From Candidatus Nanohaloarchaea archaeon (GTDB lineage Archaea; Nanohalarchaeota; Nanosalinia; Nanosalinales; Nanosalinaceae): a stretch of DNA of 15,108 nt. Each line of letters begins with the position of its first letter. Positions within the stretch are counted from its first letter, which is position 1. The position numbers and the translations under genes are program-made. Where the stretch lies: positions 1 to 15,108 of the forward strand of contig JAWOFP010000019.1 in assembly GCA_046497485.1 (NCBI GenBank). The letters are read 5' to 3'. Below the pieces are notes generated by a model, which saw only the letters and a program-made list of their open reading frames with translations, had not been told where the DNA came from and made no database searches. Shown in pieces: positions 15,048 to 15,108 of this stretch.

Positions 15048-15108
15048 ATGGTAGTTTGGAAAGGAGAAGTTGAGAGAAAACACGGTGAAAAGGCCTACAA
15101 CTTAGATC
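15048..15108 (+). CDS. 5' fragment of a gene running off the window (MVVWKGEVERKHGEKAYNLD...)
   Basis: Open frame from ATG 15048 to the window end after an AT-rich promoter-like region. 'GEKAYNL' weakly recalls the GxKAxNL start of PEP synthase/PPDK N-terminal domains but is too short to call. Confidence 0.45.
   Translation, partial: MVVWKGEVERKHGEKAYNLD

Larger units (their letters stand above)
328..15096. repeat. dispersed, highly iterated palindromic hexamer AGGCCT (about 55 copies)
   Basis: Manual count. Starts at 328, 550, 733, 1407, 1491, 1733, 2088, 2187, 2232, 2637, 3082, 3435, 3555, 3617, 3745, 3952, 4200, 4336, 4684, 4956, 5340, 5449, 5827, 5929, 6073, 6617, 6702, 6946, 6957, 7255, 7578, 7904, 8245, 8379, 8462, 8572, 8877, 8977, 9062, 9100, 9111, 9251, 9776, 10478, 10731, 11185, 11913, 12074, 12248, 12494, 12687, 12965, 13109, 14897, 15091. 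Confidence 0.93.

Noticed and set aside
328..15096. AGGCCT copies as a CRISPR array, REP/MITE family or tandem repeat
   Set aside because: Spacing is irregular, there is no conserved flanking sequence beyond the hexamer, and most copies lie inside intact ORFs.

Overview
Archaeal chromosomal DNA, compact, roughly 40% GC by eye, with an acidic proteome, archaeal uL16/L10e, aMBF1 and TATA promoters. This best fits a Nanohaloarchaeota-like (DPANN) halophile (inference). In order, the window holds: a CdpB-like PRC-barrel gene, a membrane protein, tRNA-Ser(GCT), a CBS protein plus a CPA2 antiporter, an APH-like kinase, a ZIP-like transporter, a ROK kinase, aMBF1, a membrane-anchored ArsR-type regulator, two tandem 55-aa histone-fold genes missed by the ORF track (6417-6584, 6778-6945), thymidine kinase, a tightly coupled five-gene sugar-nucleotide operon (minus strand, 7802-13140), rpl10e and small hypotheticals. 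The strongest unexplained signal is the palindrome AGGCCT. A manual count gives about 55 copies in 15.1 kb against about 2 expected by chance, in all three reading frames and between genes, resembling a cyanobacterial HIP1-type highly iterated palindrome. No CRISPR array, transposase or integrase was seen.
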